This document shows positions 32,570 to 42,654 of a stretch of DNA of 64,000 nt, piece after piece. Origin of the DNA: a bacterium (lineage in GTDB: Bacteria; UBA8248); NCBI GenBank assembly GCA_963692865.2, contig OY843592.1:128001-192000 (forward strand), in the 5' to 3' direction. The position numbers and the translations under genes were made by a program. The notes below the pieces were generated by a model that saw nothing but the letters and a program-made list of their open reading frames with translations, ran no database searches and was not told the origin of the DNA. Position 1 is the first letter of the stretch; every line of letters begins with the position of its first letter.

Positions 32570-33448
32570 CTAGCCTATGTCCTTTCCCTCGTAGACTTCG
32601 ATGACGCGGGCGGCGTCGTCTTTGCCCCAGCCCGCGTCCAGAGCGCGCTGGAACATCTTGCGGCCCGCCTTGACGATTTCGAGGGCGATTCCATTCTCCC
32701 GCGCCAGCTCGATCGCCATGCCCATGTCCTTCACGAAAATTTCGACAGCCCCCCTCGGCGCAAAATCCCTCTCGAAGATCCTCGGCGCCGTCTGCTCAAG
32801 CATCGCTCCGCGCACGGAGCCTTTCTCCAGACAGCGCATCATCGTTTCATGGGAAAGCCCGGCCCGCTCGCCGGTCAGGATTACCTCGGCCAGAAGCGCC
32901 ACCGACGCGTTCACAAACAGGTTCGTGACTATCTTCATGGTGGCGCCCGTACCGCTCTCGCCCGTGTAGTCGAAGCCTGCGGTGATGGGTTCGAAAATAG
33001 GCCGGACGCGCTCGAAAACCTCCTTTTTTCCTCCCACCATCATGGTGATGGTTCTGTCCATCACCTTGGGATGCGAGCCCGAGATGGGGCAATCGAGCAT
33101 GTCGATCCCGTGCGCGCCGAGCCTTTTCGCCAATTCCGCCTGCCAGCTCGGAAACATGGTGCTCATCTCGATATAGATGATCCCGGATTTTCCGGCGGAG
33201 ACGACCCCCCGCTCCCCGAAGGCGTTCTCCTCGATGTGCTCGGGTTTCAAGAGAATCGAGCAGACGACGTCCGCGTTCTCGGCCACCTCTCTGCCCGAGT
33301 CGAACGGGCGGCCCCCGGCGTCCGCCAGCATCCGCTTGCGCTCCTCGTCCACGTCGTAGCCGCATACCTCATGACCGTCTTCCAGCAGAACCTTCGACAG
33401 GGCCAGCCCCATTTTCCCCAAGCCGATGTAACCAATCCGCCCACCCAT
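32570..33448 (-). CDS. NAD(P)-dependent oxidoreductase (3-hydroxyisobutyrate dehydrogenase family)
   Basis: IGYIGLGKMG, LDCPISG, MVGG, KIVTN, KDM. Confidence 0.9.
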   Translation of the reverse strand: MGGRIGYIGLGKMGLALSKVLLEDGHEVCGYDVDEERKRMLADAGGRPFDSGREVAENADVVCSILLKPEHIEENAFGERGVVSAGKSGIIYIEMSTMFPSWQAELAKRLGAHGIDMLDCPISGSHPKVMDRTITMMVGGKKEVFERVRPIFEPITAGFDYTGESGTGATMKIVTNLFVNASVALLAEVILTGERAGLSHETMMRCLEKGSVRGAMLEQTAPRIFERDFAPRGAVEIFVKDMGMAIELARENGIALEIVKAGRKMFQRALDAGWGKDDAARVIEVYEGKDIG

Positions 33449-33588
33449 GGCTTCCATTCCTCTTTTGTGTGATGACGATTGTGATATACGAACCCCCCTT
33501 GTATCACGCTTCCTATTCGCACGCCTCTTTTCATGCGCGGGAGAATGCTGCAATATGGGGCGGAGATTTTATTCATCCGGAGGCTTTT

Positions 33589-34176
33589 TTGGAAATTCTA
33601 GTTCCCATCGTCATCGTGGGGTGCATCGCCTACGACATCGGTTCGGTCTCTCCCGCCTGGTTCGCCGCCAAGGCGCGGGGGATCGATTTGCGCATGTACG
33701 GAAGCGGCGCCCTCGATTTCGCGAACGCCTGGATGGTGCTGGGGGATCGCGTGGGCGCGCTGGTGTTCATCGCCGATTTCCTGAAGGCGCAGCTGGCGCT
33801 GGGTCTGGCCTGGTACATGAGCGACTCTCCATGGATCGTCGCTCTGGCCTGCGTCGCCGTGGTGGGCGGCGAAATGTGGCCGGTGTTTCACGGGTTTTGG
33901 GGCGGCGGACGCGGAACGGCGAGCACGGCGGGCGCGCTGCTCGGCGTATCGCCCATGTCCCTGGTTATCTGCGCGACCATCGCGCTGCTCGTCACTGCAG
34001 TAGTCGGCAGGCGCGACCACGCGGAACTCCTCTCCATATTGCTGCTGCCCGCCGTCGTCGTTTTCGTGAGCAAGGGAGACATTCCCCTCATGAGCACTAC
34101 CGTCGTCATCACCGCGCTGCTGCTCTGGAAACGCAGGGAGTTGGTAGAGGAGTTGCTCGGCATCGGGAAAGAGTAA
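33589..34176 (+). CDS. PlsY-like membrane protein with degenerate catalytic motifs
   Basis: GIDLRMYGSG, DFLK, WPVF.GF.GGGRG.AS.AG; TTG start after GGAGG is inferred. Confidence 0.7.
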   Translation: MEILVPIVIVGCIAYDIGSVSPAWFAAKARGIDLRMYGSGALDFANAWMVLGDRVGALVFIADFLKAQLALGLAWYMSDSPWIVALACVAVVGGEMWPVFHGFWGGGRGTASTAGALLGVSPMSLVICATIALLVTAVVGRRDHAELLSILLLPAVVVFVSKGDIPLMSTTVVITALLLWKRRELVEELLGIGKE

Positions 34177-34200
34177 GACCAGACAAGCGAGTCTATAACT

Positions 34201-35199
34201 TCAGGGTTTCAGCACCACCTTGATGGCTGCGTCCGGCTGGTCCTGTATGGCGAACGCCTCGGGCGCATCATCCAGGTCGAGGGCATGGGAAATCAAGGGC
34301 CGGCGCTGGACCTTGCCGCTTTCGACAAGTTCGATGGCGCGGCGATAGTCGTCCCCCGTCCAGGTCCAGGACCCATAGATTTCAACGTGCTTGCGAACCA
34401 CCTGGTTGAAATTCAAATCCGCCGCGCGTTCGAACAGGGCGACGAATACCAAACGGCCGTATTCCTGCTTCAGCATGAGCAGGCCCTCATTCGGCGAAGA
34501 CGGCGCGCCGGCGCAGTCAATCACCAGGTCGGCGTTGCCGCCGCGAACGCCGAAGCGCTCCACCGGCTTCGCGCCGCCGGTAAGTTCGATCACGGCTTCC
34601 ACCGGGTCGGTTTCGGTCAGGTTGACGACCTCGTCAGCGCCGAGCCGCCTGGCCATGTCCAGGCGGCGTTCGGAAGAGTCTACGGCGATGATGCGGCAGT
34701 CGGCGCTCGCCCGGATGGCCTGGACGCAGCCGAGGCCGATAATGCCCGCGCCCAGTACAACCACCGTTTCACCGTCCGCGGGCCGTCCCAGGGACACGCC
34801 GTGCAAAGAGGTGGCCAGCGGTTCAAGCGTCGCACCTTCCTCGAAGCCGATGGACTCCGGCAGGACGTGCGGGCTGCGTTCGGTAACACGAACCGCCGCG
34901 TACTCCGCGAAGCCGCCGTGCCCCAACCCGGTGATGCGGTCCCCGACGGAAAAGCCGCCGACCTTCTCTCCCAACTCGACGATTTCGCCGCTCATCTCAT
35001 GACCCATAATGCGGCGTTTGTCGCCAATCCGGCGCCCCAGCACCTCGAACATGCCGAGGCGGTACATATGCAGATCGGAACCGCAAATGCCGCACGCCCT
35101 AACCCGCACCAAAACGTCATTATCGCCAGCACGCGGCCGCTCCACCTGCTCGACGTGGATGTCCCGAGGTCCGTGGTAAACCGCCGCTTTCATTCGCAT
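34201..35199 (-). CDS. Zinc-dependent alcohol dehydrogenase (MDR family)
   Basis: CGICGSDLH, GHEMSG, LEPLA, GAGIIG. Confidence 0.9.
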   Translation of the reverse strand: MRMKAAVYHGPRDIHVEQVERPRAGDNDVLVRVRACGICGSDLHMYRLGMFEVLGRRIGDKRRIMGHEMSGEIVELGEKVGGFSVGDRITGLGHGGFAEYAAVRVTERSPHVLPESIGFEEGATLEPLATSLHGVSLGRPADGETVVVLGAGIIGLGCVQAIRASADCRIIAVDSSERRLDMARRLGADEVVNLTETDPVEAVIELTGGAKPVERFGVRGGNADLVIDCAGAPSSPNEGLLMLKQEYGRLVFVALFERAADLNFNQVVRKHVEIYGSWTWTGDDYRRAIELVESGKVQRRPLISHALDLDDAPEAFAIQDQPDAAIKVVLKP

Positions 35200-35302
35200 G
35201 CGTCGTCCCTCTTGCTTCGATTGCGCCGGGTCGCCTGAATCAGCGAATCATTGGGGCGGCCCGGTGCGGGAAAAGAATACAACCAGGCGACCGACCCTCA
35301 CA

Positions 35303-35537
35303 GGGGTTTTTGAAAAAGCCCCCCGAAGAGGGAAAGAACCCCGATCATCGAATTGTTTACCGTAGGGACAGGCCTCCGTGCCTGTCCTGACGGAGGCCTT
35401 CGTCCCGATGAAGACGCAGGACAACCGCGGAGGACAGGACAGGCACGGAGGCCTGTCCCTACAAAACCATCGCGTCCTCCCACGCAAAGAGAACCTCCAT
35501 ACCGCCTGCTTCCGAAACGGGCTTTTTCAACAGCCCC
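35303..35537. mobile_element. MITE-like element enclosing an inverted GTAG-REP pair
   Basis: GGGGTTTTTGAAAAAG...CTTTTTCAACAGCCCC ends; internal GTAGGGACAGGCCTCCGTGCCTGTCC and GGACAGGCACGGAGGCCTGTCCCTAC. Confidence 0.7.
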
Positions 35538-36965
35538 TTACAATGCGGGACGCCGATTCCGCAACTCGGGGGTCGCCTTCTCGTAGGCGTGGACCGCGCG
35601 CAGCACCGCCGCCTCCTCCCAGGGTCGGCCAATCACTTGAAGCGAGAGGGGCATGCCCTCTTTTTCCGAAAACCCGGTGGGAACCACCGCCGCCGGGAAA
35701 CCCGTCAGGTTCTGGTGGGTGAGGAACGGCATGGTGAGCGCCAGTGAGTAGCCCACCTCCTCGCCGTTGATCACGGCCTTCAAATCGTCGAGTCGCGGGG
35801 CGATGCACGGCAGGGCGAGGGTGAGGATGACGTCCACCTGCTCGAATAAGTCGAGCACCTTGCGCCTTAGAATCTCGCGCTCGCGCCCCGCGCGGATGTA
35901 TTCGTCCAGATCGGCCCCCGTGAGGCTCGCCTCCACCCGCTCCCGCGTCGAGGCGCCGTAACCGTCCGGGTCCTGCTCATAGAGCGGCCTGTGGAACTCG
36001 GCGAATTCGCATTGGATGATGACGCGGTTCACGCGCATCAAGCGCTCCGCGTCGTCGAAGGGCAGCGTCTCGACCCGCGCCCCCGACTCCCGGAAGGCGT
36101 CGACGGCCCGCTCGAAGGCCCCCGCCACCTCCGCGTCCGCCTCGAAGCCGCCCGAAAGCCCGGGGCAAAGGCCCACCCGTAGACCTTCCGCGCCCTCATC
36201 GATCCGGGCGGAGAAGTCGGGAACCGGCATGTCGCGGCTATAGGAGTCCTCAGGGTCGTAGCCCGCCATCCCCTGCAAAAAAAGAGCGGCGTCGCGCGCG
36301 GAGCGGGCGATCGGCCCCACGTGGTCGTAGCTCAGGCAGTTGGGGCACACGCCGCGCAGGCTCACCCGCCCGTGCGTGGGCTTGAGTCCCACGAGACCGC
36401 ACAGCGCCGAAGGCCCGCGGATGGAGCTGCCCGTGTCCGTCCCGATGGCCGCCGGGCAAAGGCCCGCCGCGACCGAAGCGGCGGAACCCGTGCTCGATCC
36501 ACCCGTCATGCGGTCGGTGTCCCACGGGTTGCGCGCCGTGCCGAAGTGGACGTTTTCGCTCAGAGGACCTGAGGCGAACTCCTGTGTGTGGCACTTGCCG
36601 AGCAGAATCGCGCCGGCGCGCTTGAGGCGCGCGACGCACTCCGCGTCCGCATCGGGCACATTGTCTCGAAAAAAGCTCGACCCGCGCGTCGTCCGCACGC
36701 CCGAGGTGTCGATGATGTCCTTGACCCCGTAAGGGATGCCGTGCAAAGGGCCCAGCCTGCGGCCTGCGGCGATTTCCTCTTGCGCGCGCTTCGCCTCGGC
36801 CAGCGCGACTTCGGCCGTCACTTCGAGAAAGCCCATGATAACGGGATTGAGCGAATCGATGCGGCGCAGGAACGCCTCGACCACGTCGACGGGAGAGAGT
36901 TCTCCCGCCCCGATTCGCTCTGAAAGCTCGTGAAGCTCAAGCCGGCAAATATCATCTGCGCTCAT
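35538..36965 (-). CDS. Amidase (GatA/amidase signature family)
   Basis: GPLHGIPYGVKD, GGSSTGS, GTDTGSSIRGP, GLKPT. Confidence 0.92.
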   Translation of the reverse strand: MSADDICRLELHELSERIGAGELSPVDVVEAFLRRIDSLNPVIMGFLEVTAEVALAEAKRAQEEIAAGRRLGPLHGIPYGVKDIIDTSGVRTTRGSSFFRDNVPDADAECVARLKRAGAILLGKCHTQEFASGPLSENVHFGTARNPWDTDRMTGGSSTGSAASVAAGLCPAAIGTDTGSSIRGPSALCGLVGLKPTHGRVSLRGVCPNCLSYDHVGPIARSARDAALFLQGMAGYDPEDSYSRDMPVPDFSARIDEGAEGLRVGLCPGLSGGFEADAEVAGAFERAVDAFRESGARVETLPFDDAERLMRVNRVIIQCEFAEFHRPLYEQDPDGYGASTRERVEASLTGADLDEYIRAGREREILRRKVLDLFEQVDVILTLALPCIAPRLDDLKAVINGEEVGYSLALTMPFLTHQNLTGFPAAVVPTGFSEKEGMPLSLQVIGRPWEEAAVLRAVHAYEKATPELRNRRPAL

Positions 36966-37016
36966 GGCATAGTCTCCCCGAAAACGCGCTCCGCCCTCCC
37001 GTAGGCCAGGAATAAA

Positions 37017-37709
37017 TCAACCCTCCGACCCGGCGGACGCCGGGAGCGCTTCTTCCGCATCTTCGGATGGGCCCTCTTTCGCCCACCAGCACTCGTTCAT
37101 GAAATCGGAAAAATCTTTTTTGTCGATCACGGCGGATTTGGTGAACAGGGTCATCTGGTCATCGCCTTCGAGGTCGGTCTCGAGCGCGTCGGTGAAGCGG
37201 TTCCACATGTTGAAATAGCCCGACACGAGCGTCGCCTCGACGATCTGGGCGTGATCGTAGTGTTTCTTCATGTTCTCAAGCGCATCGGGGTTCCGGGCGA
37301 AGGTGTATTTCGTCAGGTGATACGCCCAGGCGATGGCCGCCTTCTCGGCGTCGGTGAACAGGTCCGAATCCTGATACGCGTCGTCCCTCACGGCGTCAAT
37401 CTGGGCATCAGAAAGCCCGCACGCTCGACCGAACGTGACGTTGTGGGCCGTTCAGTACTTGCACCCGTTTTCCATCGAGGTCTTGAGGATCAAGAGCGCC
37501 TTGGTCCTGGCGTCGAGCACGTCTGTGATCTCCGCCCGGCACAGCGAGATCAGAAAGCCGAACAGCGGCTGAAGCATCCTCGGGCTGGCCGAACTCACGC
37601 GGATGGCGTTCGCCACGCGGCCGAACATCCTGCGGCTCGCGTCGAACACCACGGCGGCCTCGGGGCCGGCCTCCTCATCGCTCAGAATCGGTAGTTGCGC
37701 CATCGACAT
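37017..37709 (-). CDS. AhpD/carboxymuconolactone decarboxylase-family selenoprotein (CxxU; UGA at 37452-37454)
   Basis: ORFs 37452..37709 and 37017..37391 are in frame; read-through gives ENGCKYUTAHNVTFGRACGLSDAQIDA; hairpin CACGTTC-GGTC-GAGCGTG downstream of the UGA. Confidence 0.88.
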
Positions 37710-37823
37710 CTCCTCCTTATCAAGATTTCAAAATGAGAATTATATCCTTGAGTTTACGACTTCTTGGTGCTGGTCAATTCATAATTTCTTCTCCAAAACC
37801 ACTCCCTCATACCTGGGTTTCTC

Positions 37824-37980
37824 TCACTCCCCCTTGAGGGAGTTGTTGAAAATGCCCACAGAAGGAGCACACCGATTTTCACTCCCCCCTTGAGGGTCTG
37901 GCTTCCCGAGGGGAAAGCCAGACCCTCAAGGGGGGAGTGGTTATATCGTTCCCCTTCGAATCCAGAACCCGGAATCCAAC
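37824..37980. repeat. CTCCCCCTTGAGGG...CCCTCAAGGGGGGAG palindromic repeat family
   Basis: Inverted arms at about 37879-37939; same family at about 53236-53516 and near 4725. Confidence 0.7.
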
Positions 37981-38012
37981 TGTCGGGTCATGTCTATAAT
38001 TCCCCTCAGAAT

Positions 38013-38753
38013 TCAGTTCACGGGCGGCCAGAGGCGGCGGCCCACGCTCGGGCTGCCGGGCGCGTGGACGAGCGATCTCACCACCCGGCCCGACCACCCG
38101 CTCTCATCGAGCGAGAGGCTCTCGTGCTTCTGGAAACCCTCCTCCCTCGCCTCGAGCGAGGTGAACTCGTACATGATCGAATGCTTGGCCCAGCCCGCGG
38201 CGGAGAGCAGCTTCCTCGCGCCGATGCACCCGGGCATCCCCTCCATGAACTTGAGGCGGTACTGCGCGTACCAAGCGCCCAAGTCGTGCTCCGCCTCCGC
38301 GTCCCGGGAGATGAACTGCCCCATCTGAATCGCGGGTCCGGGCGTGATGCCGGGACCTCTGGAGTCCACGTCGGGACCGTCGACGCGCGCCTCCTCGCTG
38401 AATATGCATTCGCGATATCCTTCGCGAAGGCCCAGCATGGCCCTCGCCTCGTCGTCGTGTTCTTTCGCGATATCCGCGAGTGTGGGATCAAAAAACACAT
38501 GGGGCGACACCGCCCCGAACAGGATCACGTACCCCGTGCCGCCGGGAAGCGCATCGGGCGCGGCGTATGTGAGGGCCGTGTTCTTCACCTGCTCCATCTG
38601 CGCCCCGTCGTGTTCGACCTCGTAATGCGCCGCCCACAGAAAGCCCGCCCGCTGCCGCATGGCGGGCAGGTGACGCCCGTGCAGCCAGGCGCAATAATCA
38701 TCTTTTTCGTCTTCGGGCAGATCGTACCAGGACGCCCAGATTCCTCGATCCAT
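38013..38753 (-). CDS. Two-domain dimeric alpha+beta barrel protein (DUF4286/EthD-like)
   Basis: Starts MDRGIWASWYDL; repeated AW(L/Y)...(H/R)L.....PG motif in both halves. Confidence 0.6.
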   Translation of the reverse strand: MDRGIWASWYDLPEDEKDDYCAWLHGRHLPAMRQRAGFLWAAHYEVEHDGAQMEQVKNTALTYAAPDALPGGTGYVILFGAVSPHVFFDPTLADIAKEHDDEARAMLGLREGYRECIFSEEARVDGPDVDSRGPGITPGPAIQMGQFISRDAEAEHDLGAWYAQYRLKFMEGMPGCIGARKLLSAAGWAKHSIMYEFTSLEAREEGFQKHESLSLDESGWSGRVVRSLVHAPGSPSVGRRLWPPVN

Positions 38754-38785
38754 TATATGACTCCATCCAAAAGGTTGGTGAGACG

Positions 38786-39169
38786 CTACTGCACGAAGGT
38801 CGTGCCCGCCTTGTCCTGGTGGGAACAGTTCCCGTAGGTGGCGATGAGCTCGGCCGGCTCGGTCTCGCTCGGGTTCTCCTGCCCGTGCGGCTCGCCGGCG
38901 GGCGCGTAGCAGAAATGCCCCGCCTCGACAAGGATTTTTTCGGGATTTTCGGGATCCCCGCAATAGACGTAGATCGGCCCCTTGTTCACGTAAAACACCG
39001 CGTCGCACGTATGGGTGTGCATCTTGTTCTTCCCGCCGGGGGGGATGATGGTGCGCTGCATGGTCATGACCTTCGTGTCGGTCGTCTCGTCGTTCACCCC
39101 CCACATGATGGAGTAGGGAGGTTCGTAGGCGTTGTCCTTGTCCACGCTCATGGAATTGATGATCTTCAT
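38786..39169 (-). CDS. Cupin domain protein
   Basis: Starts MKIINS; IPPGG...HTHTCDAVFYVNKG, AGHFCYAPAGEPHGQEN. Confidence 0.85.
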   Translation of the reverse strand: MKIINSMSVDKDNAYEPPYSIMWGVNDETTDTKVMTMQRTIIPPGGKNKMHTHTCDAVFYVNKGPIYVYCGDPENPEKILVEAGHFCYAPAGEPHGQENPSETEPAELIATYGNCSHQDKAGTTFVQ

Positions 39170-39360
39170 GAATCCTGGTCTCCTTGAATCCGCACACCGC
39201 GGGGGCGGGGGCGCTCCTCCAAAAGGAGGGAATGAAAGTTTGCTACGGCCATCCGATTCGTGAATAATACGCAAATCCTTGGAACGAAACCACTTCATCG
39301 GGCGATGAGGAGCGCTCCCGGGTCGGCGGAAGATAACGACCCCATGAGACAGGACAGCCC

Positions 39361-39939
39361 ATGGCTTCGGACAACGAACCGGCGAACGCGCCAAGCCCCA
39401 CGATGCTGCGCCTGGAGATATGCCTGGCCGCGGCAATGATGCTCCTCGCGGCGGGCTTCGCCGTCTTCATGCCATATCTCATCGCGACGGGCGGCATCTC
39501 CGCCGCGCAGGATTTCCTCCGCCTCACGCCCGTCTTTTTCCCGAGGCTCGCCTTCGCCGTGCTGGCCGCCCTGTGCGCGTTCTATCTGATAGACGTCTGG
39601 CGAAGGGCGCGCCACGTCCAATCCGCCGAGAACCCGGGCGAGGCGGAACGCTTCGGGCGCGGTGTGCTGATGATCGTCATCGTCGCCGCCTATTCTCTTC
39701 TCGTCTCGGCGCTGGGCTACGGCCTTTCGACGCTTTTGATGGCGGGCGCCGTCATCTGGTACCTGGGCATCCGGCAGATTTGGATCGTCGCATCCGTCTC
39801 CATCGTAATGCCCATCGTCGTGCGCTTCATCTTCGAGAGATTGCTGCTCATCTCGCTTCCGAGGAGCGATTACGAGGCCATCGCCGTCGTCGAGGATGTG
39901 ATCATGAAGTTCCTCTCAGGCCTTTTTCTCGGGAAATAG
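39361..39939 (+). CDS. tctB: Tripartite tricarboxylate transporter small permease
   Basis: 4-5 TM segments; PVFFP and FIFERLLLISLP motifs; precedes tctA. Confidence 0.8.
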   Translation: MASDNEPANAPSPTMLRLEICLAAAMMLLAAGFAVFMPYLIATGGISAAQDFLRLTPVFFPRLAFAVLAALCAFYLIDVWRRARHVQSAENPGEAERFGRGVLMIVIVAAYSLLVSALGYGLSTLLMAGAVIWYLGIRQIWIVASVSIVMPIVVRFIFERLLLISLPRSDYEAIAVVEDVIMKFLSGLFLGK

Positions 39940-39951
39940 GGAGACCCGGTC

Positions 39952-41457
39952 TTGCTCGACGCCTTCCTTCAAGCTTTCACCCTTCTGATGCGCGTGGACA
40001 CCTATCTCTACATCTGCGCGGGATTGACCATCGGCATGTTCGTGGGCGCGATGCCGGGCCTCACCACCATCCTCGCGATGTCGGTTCTCCTGCCGATTTC
40101 CTTCAAGCTCGAACCCATGCTCGGCATCCCTTTTCTGATCGGCATCTACAAGGGCGGCATCTACGGGGGCAGCATCCCGGCCATACTGGTCGGCATTCCG
40201 GGAACGGGCGCATCCATCGCCACCACCTTCGACGGCCCGGCGCTCACGCGCAAGGGCGAGGGTCGAAAGGCGCTCGAGATGGCATTGTTCTCCTCCACCA
40301 TCGCCGATACGCTGTCCGACATCTTCACTCTGGCGCTCATCGGCCCCATCGCCATCATCACACTCTTGATCGGCCCGCCGGAGGTGTTCGCCGTCATCAT
40401 CTTCTCGCTCGTGCTCATCGCGAGCGTTTCGAGCGATTCGGGCCTAAAGGGCGCCATCGCCGCCTGCATCGGCATGGGGCTCGGCTTCATCGGCACCGAC
40501 GCCACCACCGGCGCGACGCGCATGACGTTCGGCCTCGAAGCCCTGAGCGGAGGCATTCCGCTCATCCCGCTGGCCATCGGCATCTTCGCGATGCCGGAGG
40601 TGCTCGAGGCGGTCGAGACGCGCACCGTGCGCTTCATCAGCGAGCACGTGGACCTCGCCAAGGCGGGAGAACGCCTGCGCTGGCGCGAGTTCAAGGCGTC
40701 TATCCGCTCCATTTTGCGCTCGACCGCCATCGGGACGGGCATCGGCATGGTGCCGGGCGTGGGACAGGTGGTGGCCGCCTTCATCGGCTACAGCGCGGCG
40801 AAGCGCGCGGCGAAGAACCCGGAGAACTTCGGCAAGGGCGAACTGGACGGCGTCGCGGCGCCCGAGGCGGCGAACAACGCCGTGAACGGCCCCACGCTGG
40901 TCCCCCTGCTGACGCTCGGCATCCCCGGAGACAACGTGACGGCCATCCTGCTCGGCGCGTTCGTGGCGCACGGCATGCGGCCCGGACCCCAGATATTCCA
41001 GGAACAGGGCGCGCTCATGTACGCTCTCATCCTCACGATGGTGCTGGCGAACGTGCTGTTCTTCTTCCTCGGCTATGTCCTGCTCAAGCCCTTCGCCCGG
41101 GCCATCCAGTTCAAAAAAGCGTATCTCATCCCCGTCATCGTGGCGCTCGCCTTCGTGGGCACGCTCTCCACGGGAGCGAACACCGACGTGATCCTGATGG
41201 TCATCATCGGCGTATGCGCCTATATTCTCAGAAAATTCAAATTCGACCTGGCGCCCCTCATCATCGCCTTCGTGCTGGCCGAGCCGATAGAGTATCGTTT
41301 GAGCCAGTCGATGCTGTATGCTAAGGGAGCGCCGTTTTCGTACCTGTTCGTACAAAGACCGATAGCGTCCGCCTTTCTCATAGCGGCGCTGGTCTGGATC
41401 GCATTTCTCATTCTTCGCCCGATGTGGCAGCGCGCCAAGGGGTCCGCCGTCTCATGA
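39952..41457 (+). CDS. tctA: Tripartite tricarboxylate transporter large permease
   Basis: GAMPGL, YGGSIPAILVGIPG, APEAANNA, LTLGIPG, PGP. Confidence 0.93.
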   Translation: MLDAFLQAFTLLMRVDTYLYICAGLTIGMFVGAMPGLTTILAMSVLLPISFKLEPMLGIPFLIGIYKGGIYGGSIPAILVGIPGTGASIATTFDGPALTRKGEGRKALEMALFSSTIADTLSDIFTLALIGPIAIITLLIGPPEVFAVIIFSLVLIASVSSDSGLKGAIAACIGMGLGFIGTDATTGATRMTFGLEALSGGIPLIPLAIGIFAMPEVLEAVETRTVRFISEHVDLAKAGERLRWREFKASIRSILRSTAIGTGIGMVPGVGQVVAAFIGYSAAKRAAKNPENFGKGELDGVAAPEAANNAVNGPTLVPLLTLGIPGDNVTAILLGAFVAHGMRPGPQIFQEQGALMYALILTMVLANVLFFFLGYVLLKPFARAIQFKKAYLIPVIVALAFVGTLSTGANTDVILMVIIGVCAYILRKFKFDLAPLIIAFVLAEPIEYRLSQSMLYAKGAPFSYLFVQRPIASAFLIAALVWIAFLILRPMWQRAKGSAVS

Positions 41458-41482
41458 GGGCACATCATCAAAGGAGACCATC

Positions 41483-42463
41483 ATGAAAAAACGCTTCTTC
41501 GTCATCCTGGCCGCGCTGGCCTTCATCGTCGCGCTGGGAGCCCCCTCCGCGAGCACGGCGGCCTATCCGGACAGGCCCATCACGCTCGTCCTGCCCGTGG
41601 GCGCGGGCGGCAGCCACGACCTCCACGCGCGCGGCATTACCAGCATCATCGCCGACATTCTCGGCCAACCCATGGTCGTGAAGCTCGTGCCCGGCGGCGC
41701 GGGCATGAAAGGCACCGGCTTCGTCGCCAAGGCCAAGCCGGACGGCTACACCCTGCTCTTCACCCACAACGGCTTCGACCAGCTCGTGCCGCAGACCCGC
41801 AAGGTGCCCTTCGACACGCTGCGCGATTTCTCGGCCGTCGCCAAGATCAACCACGGGCAGCCGGTGTTCTTCTCCCTGGCGAACAGGCCGTGGAAGAACA
41901 TGAAGGAATTCGTCGCCTACGCCAAGAAAAACCCCGGCAAGGTCAACTGGGGCCACAGCGGCGTCTGGGGCGCGGGCCACGTGCCCTCCATGCAGTTCGT
42001 TCGCGCGGCGGGCATCAAGGTGAACTTCATCCCGCATAAAGGCGGCGGCCCCGCGCTGCGCGCCGTCCTCTCGGGCCAGGACGACGTGGGCATCGCCTTC
42101 CCGACCCAGCTTCGCCCCCACAAGAAGGCCGGAAAGGTCACCGTGCTCGCGCTCACAGGCGATATGCGCCTCTCGAAGGACAAGGACTTCAAGGAAGTCC
42201 CGACCACGACGGAACTCGGCTACAAGGGCGTGGGCTTCACGATGGACCGCATCTTCATGGCGCCATCCAAGACGCCCGCCGACAGGCTGAAGAAGCTCCG
42301 CGACGCATTCGAGAAGCTCACGAAGAACAAGTCCTTCAAGCGCTTCATGCGCAGCATCGGCGAGAACGTGGTGTTCGTGAGCGGCGCGAACTACGAGAAG
42401 ACCAGAAAGCCGAACTTCGACGGCTACACGCAACTCATCAAGGCCATGACGATGAAGAAATAG
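41483..42463 (+). CDS. tctC: Tripartite tricarboxylate transporter substrate-binding protein (Bug/TctC)
   Basis: YPDRPITLVLPVGAGGSHD, PGGAG, KPDGYTL, PHKGGG. Confidence 0.92.
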   Translation: MKKRFFVILAALAFIVALGAPSASTAAYPDRPITLVLPVGAGGSHDLHARGITSIIADILGQPMVVKLVPGGAGMKGTGFVAKAKPDGYTLLFTHNGFDQLVPQTRKVPFDTLRDFSAVAKINHGQPVFFSLANRPWKNMKEFVAYAKKNPGKVNWGHSGVWGAGHVPSMQFVRAAGIKVNFIPHKGGGPALRAVLSGQDDVGIAFPTQLRPHKKAGKVTVLALTGDMRLSKDKDFKEVPTTTELGYKGVGFTMDRIFMAPSKTPADRLKKLRDAFEKLTKNKSFKRFMRSIGENVVFVSGANYEKTRKPNFDGYTQLIKAMTMKK

Positions 42464-42485
42464 GTTCATAGGGCCAGGCATTACC

Positions 42486-42535
42486 GGGGGGTGAGCGGCG
42501 CGCGTCTAAGCTACTGCCGCTCATCCCCTTTGTTT
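42486..42535 (+). terminator. Intrinsic terminator after tctC
   Basis: GGGGTGAGCGGC...GCCGCTCATCCC stem followed by TTTGTTTT. Confidence 0.65.
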
Positions 42536-42654
42536 TGGGAATTATATACATGACTCGGCAGCGGGTTTCCGGGTTCCGGATTCGAAAGGGAGCAATGTAA
42601 CCATTCCTGTCTTGAGAGGGTTATTAAAAAAATCCCCCCGCTGAGGGTATTCAC

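Noticed and set aside
38013-39197. 394-aa ORF suggesting a fusion
   Set aside because: The upstream part overlaps the cupin gene in another frame; two separate genes explain it
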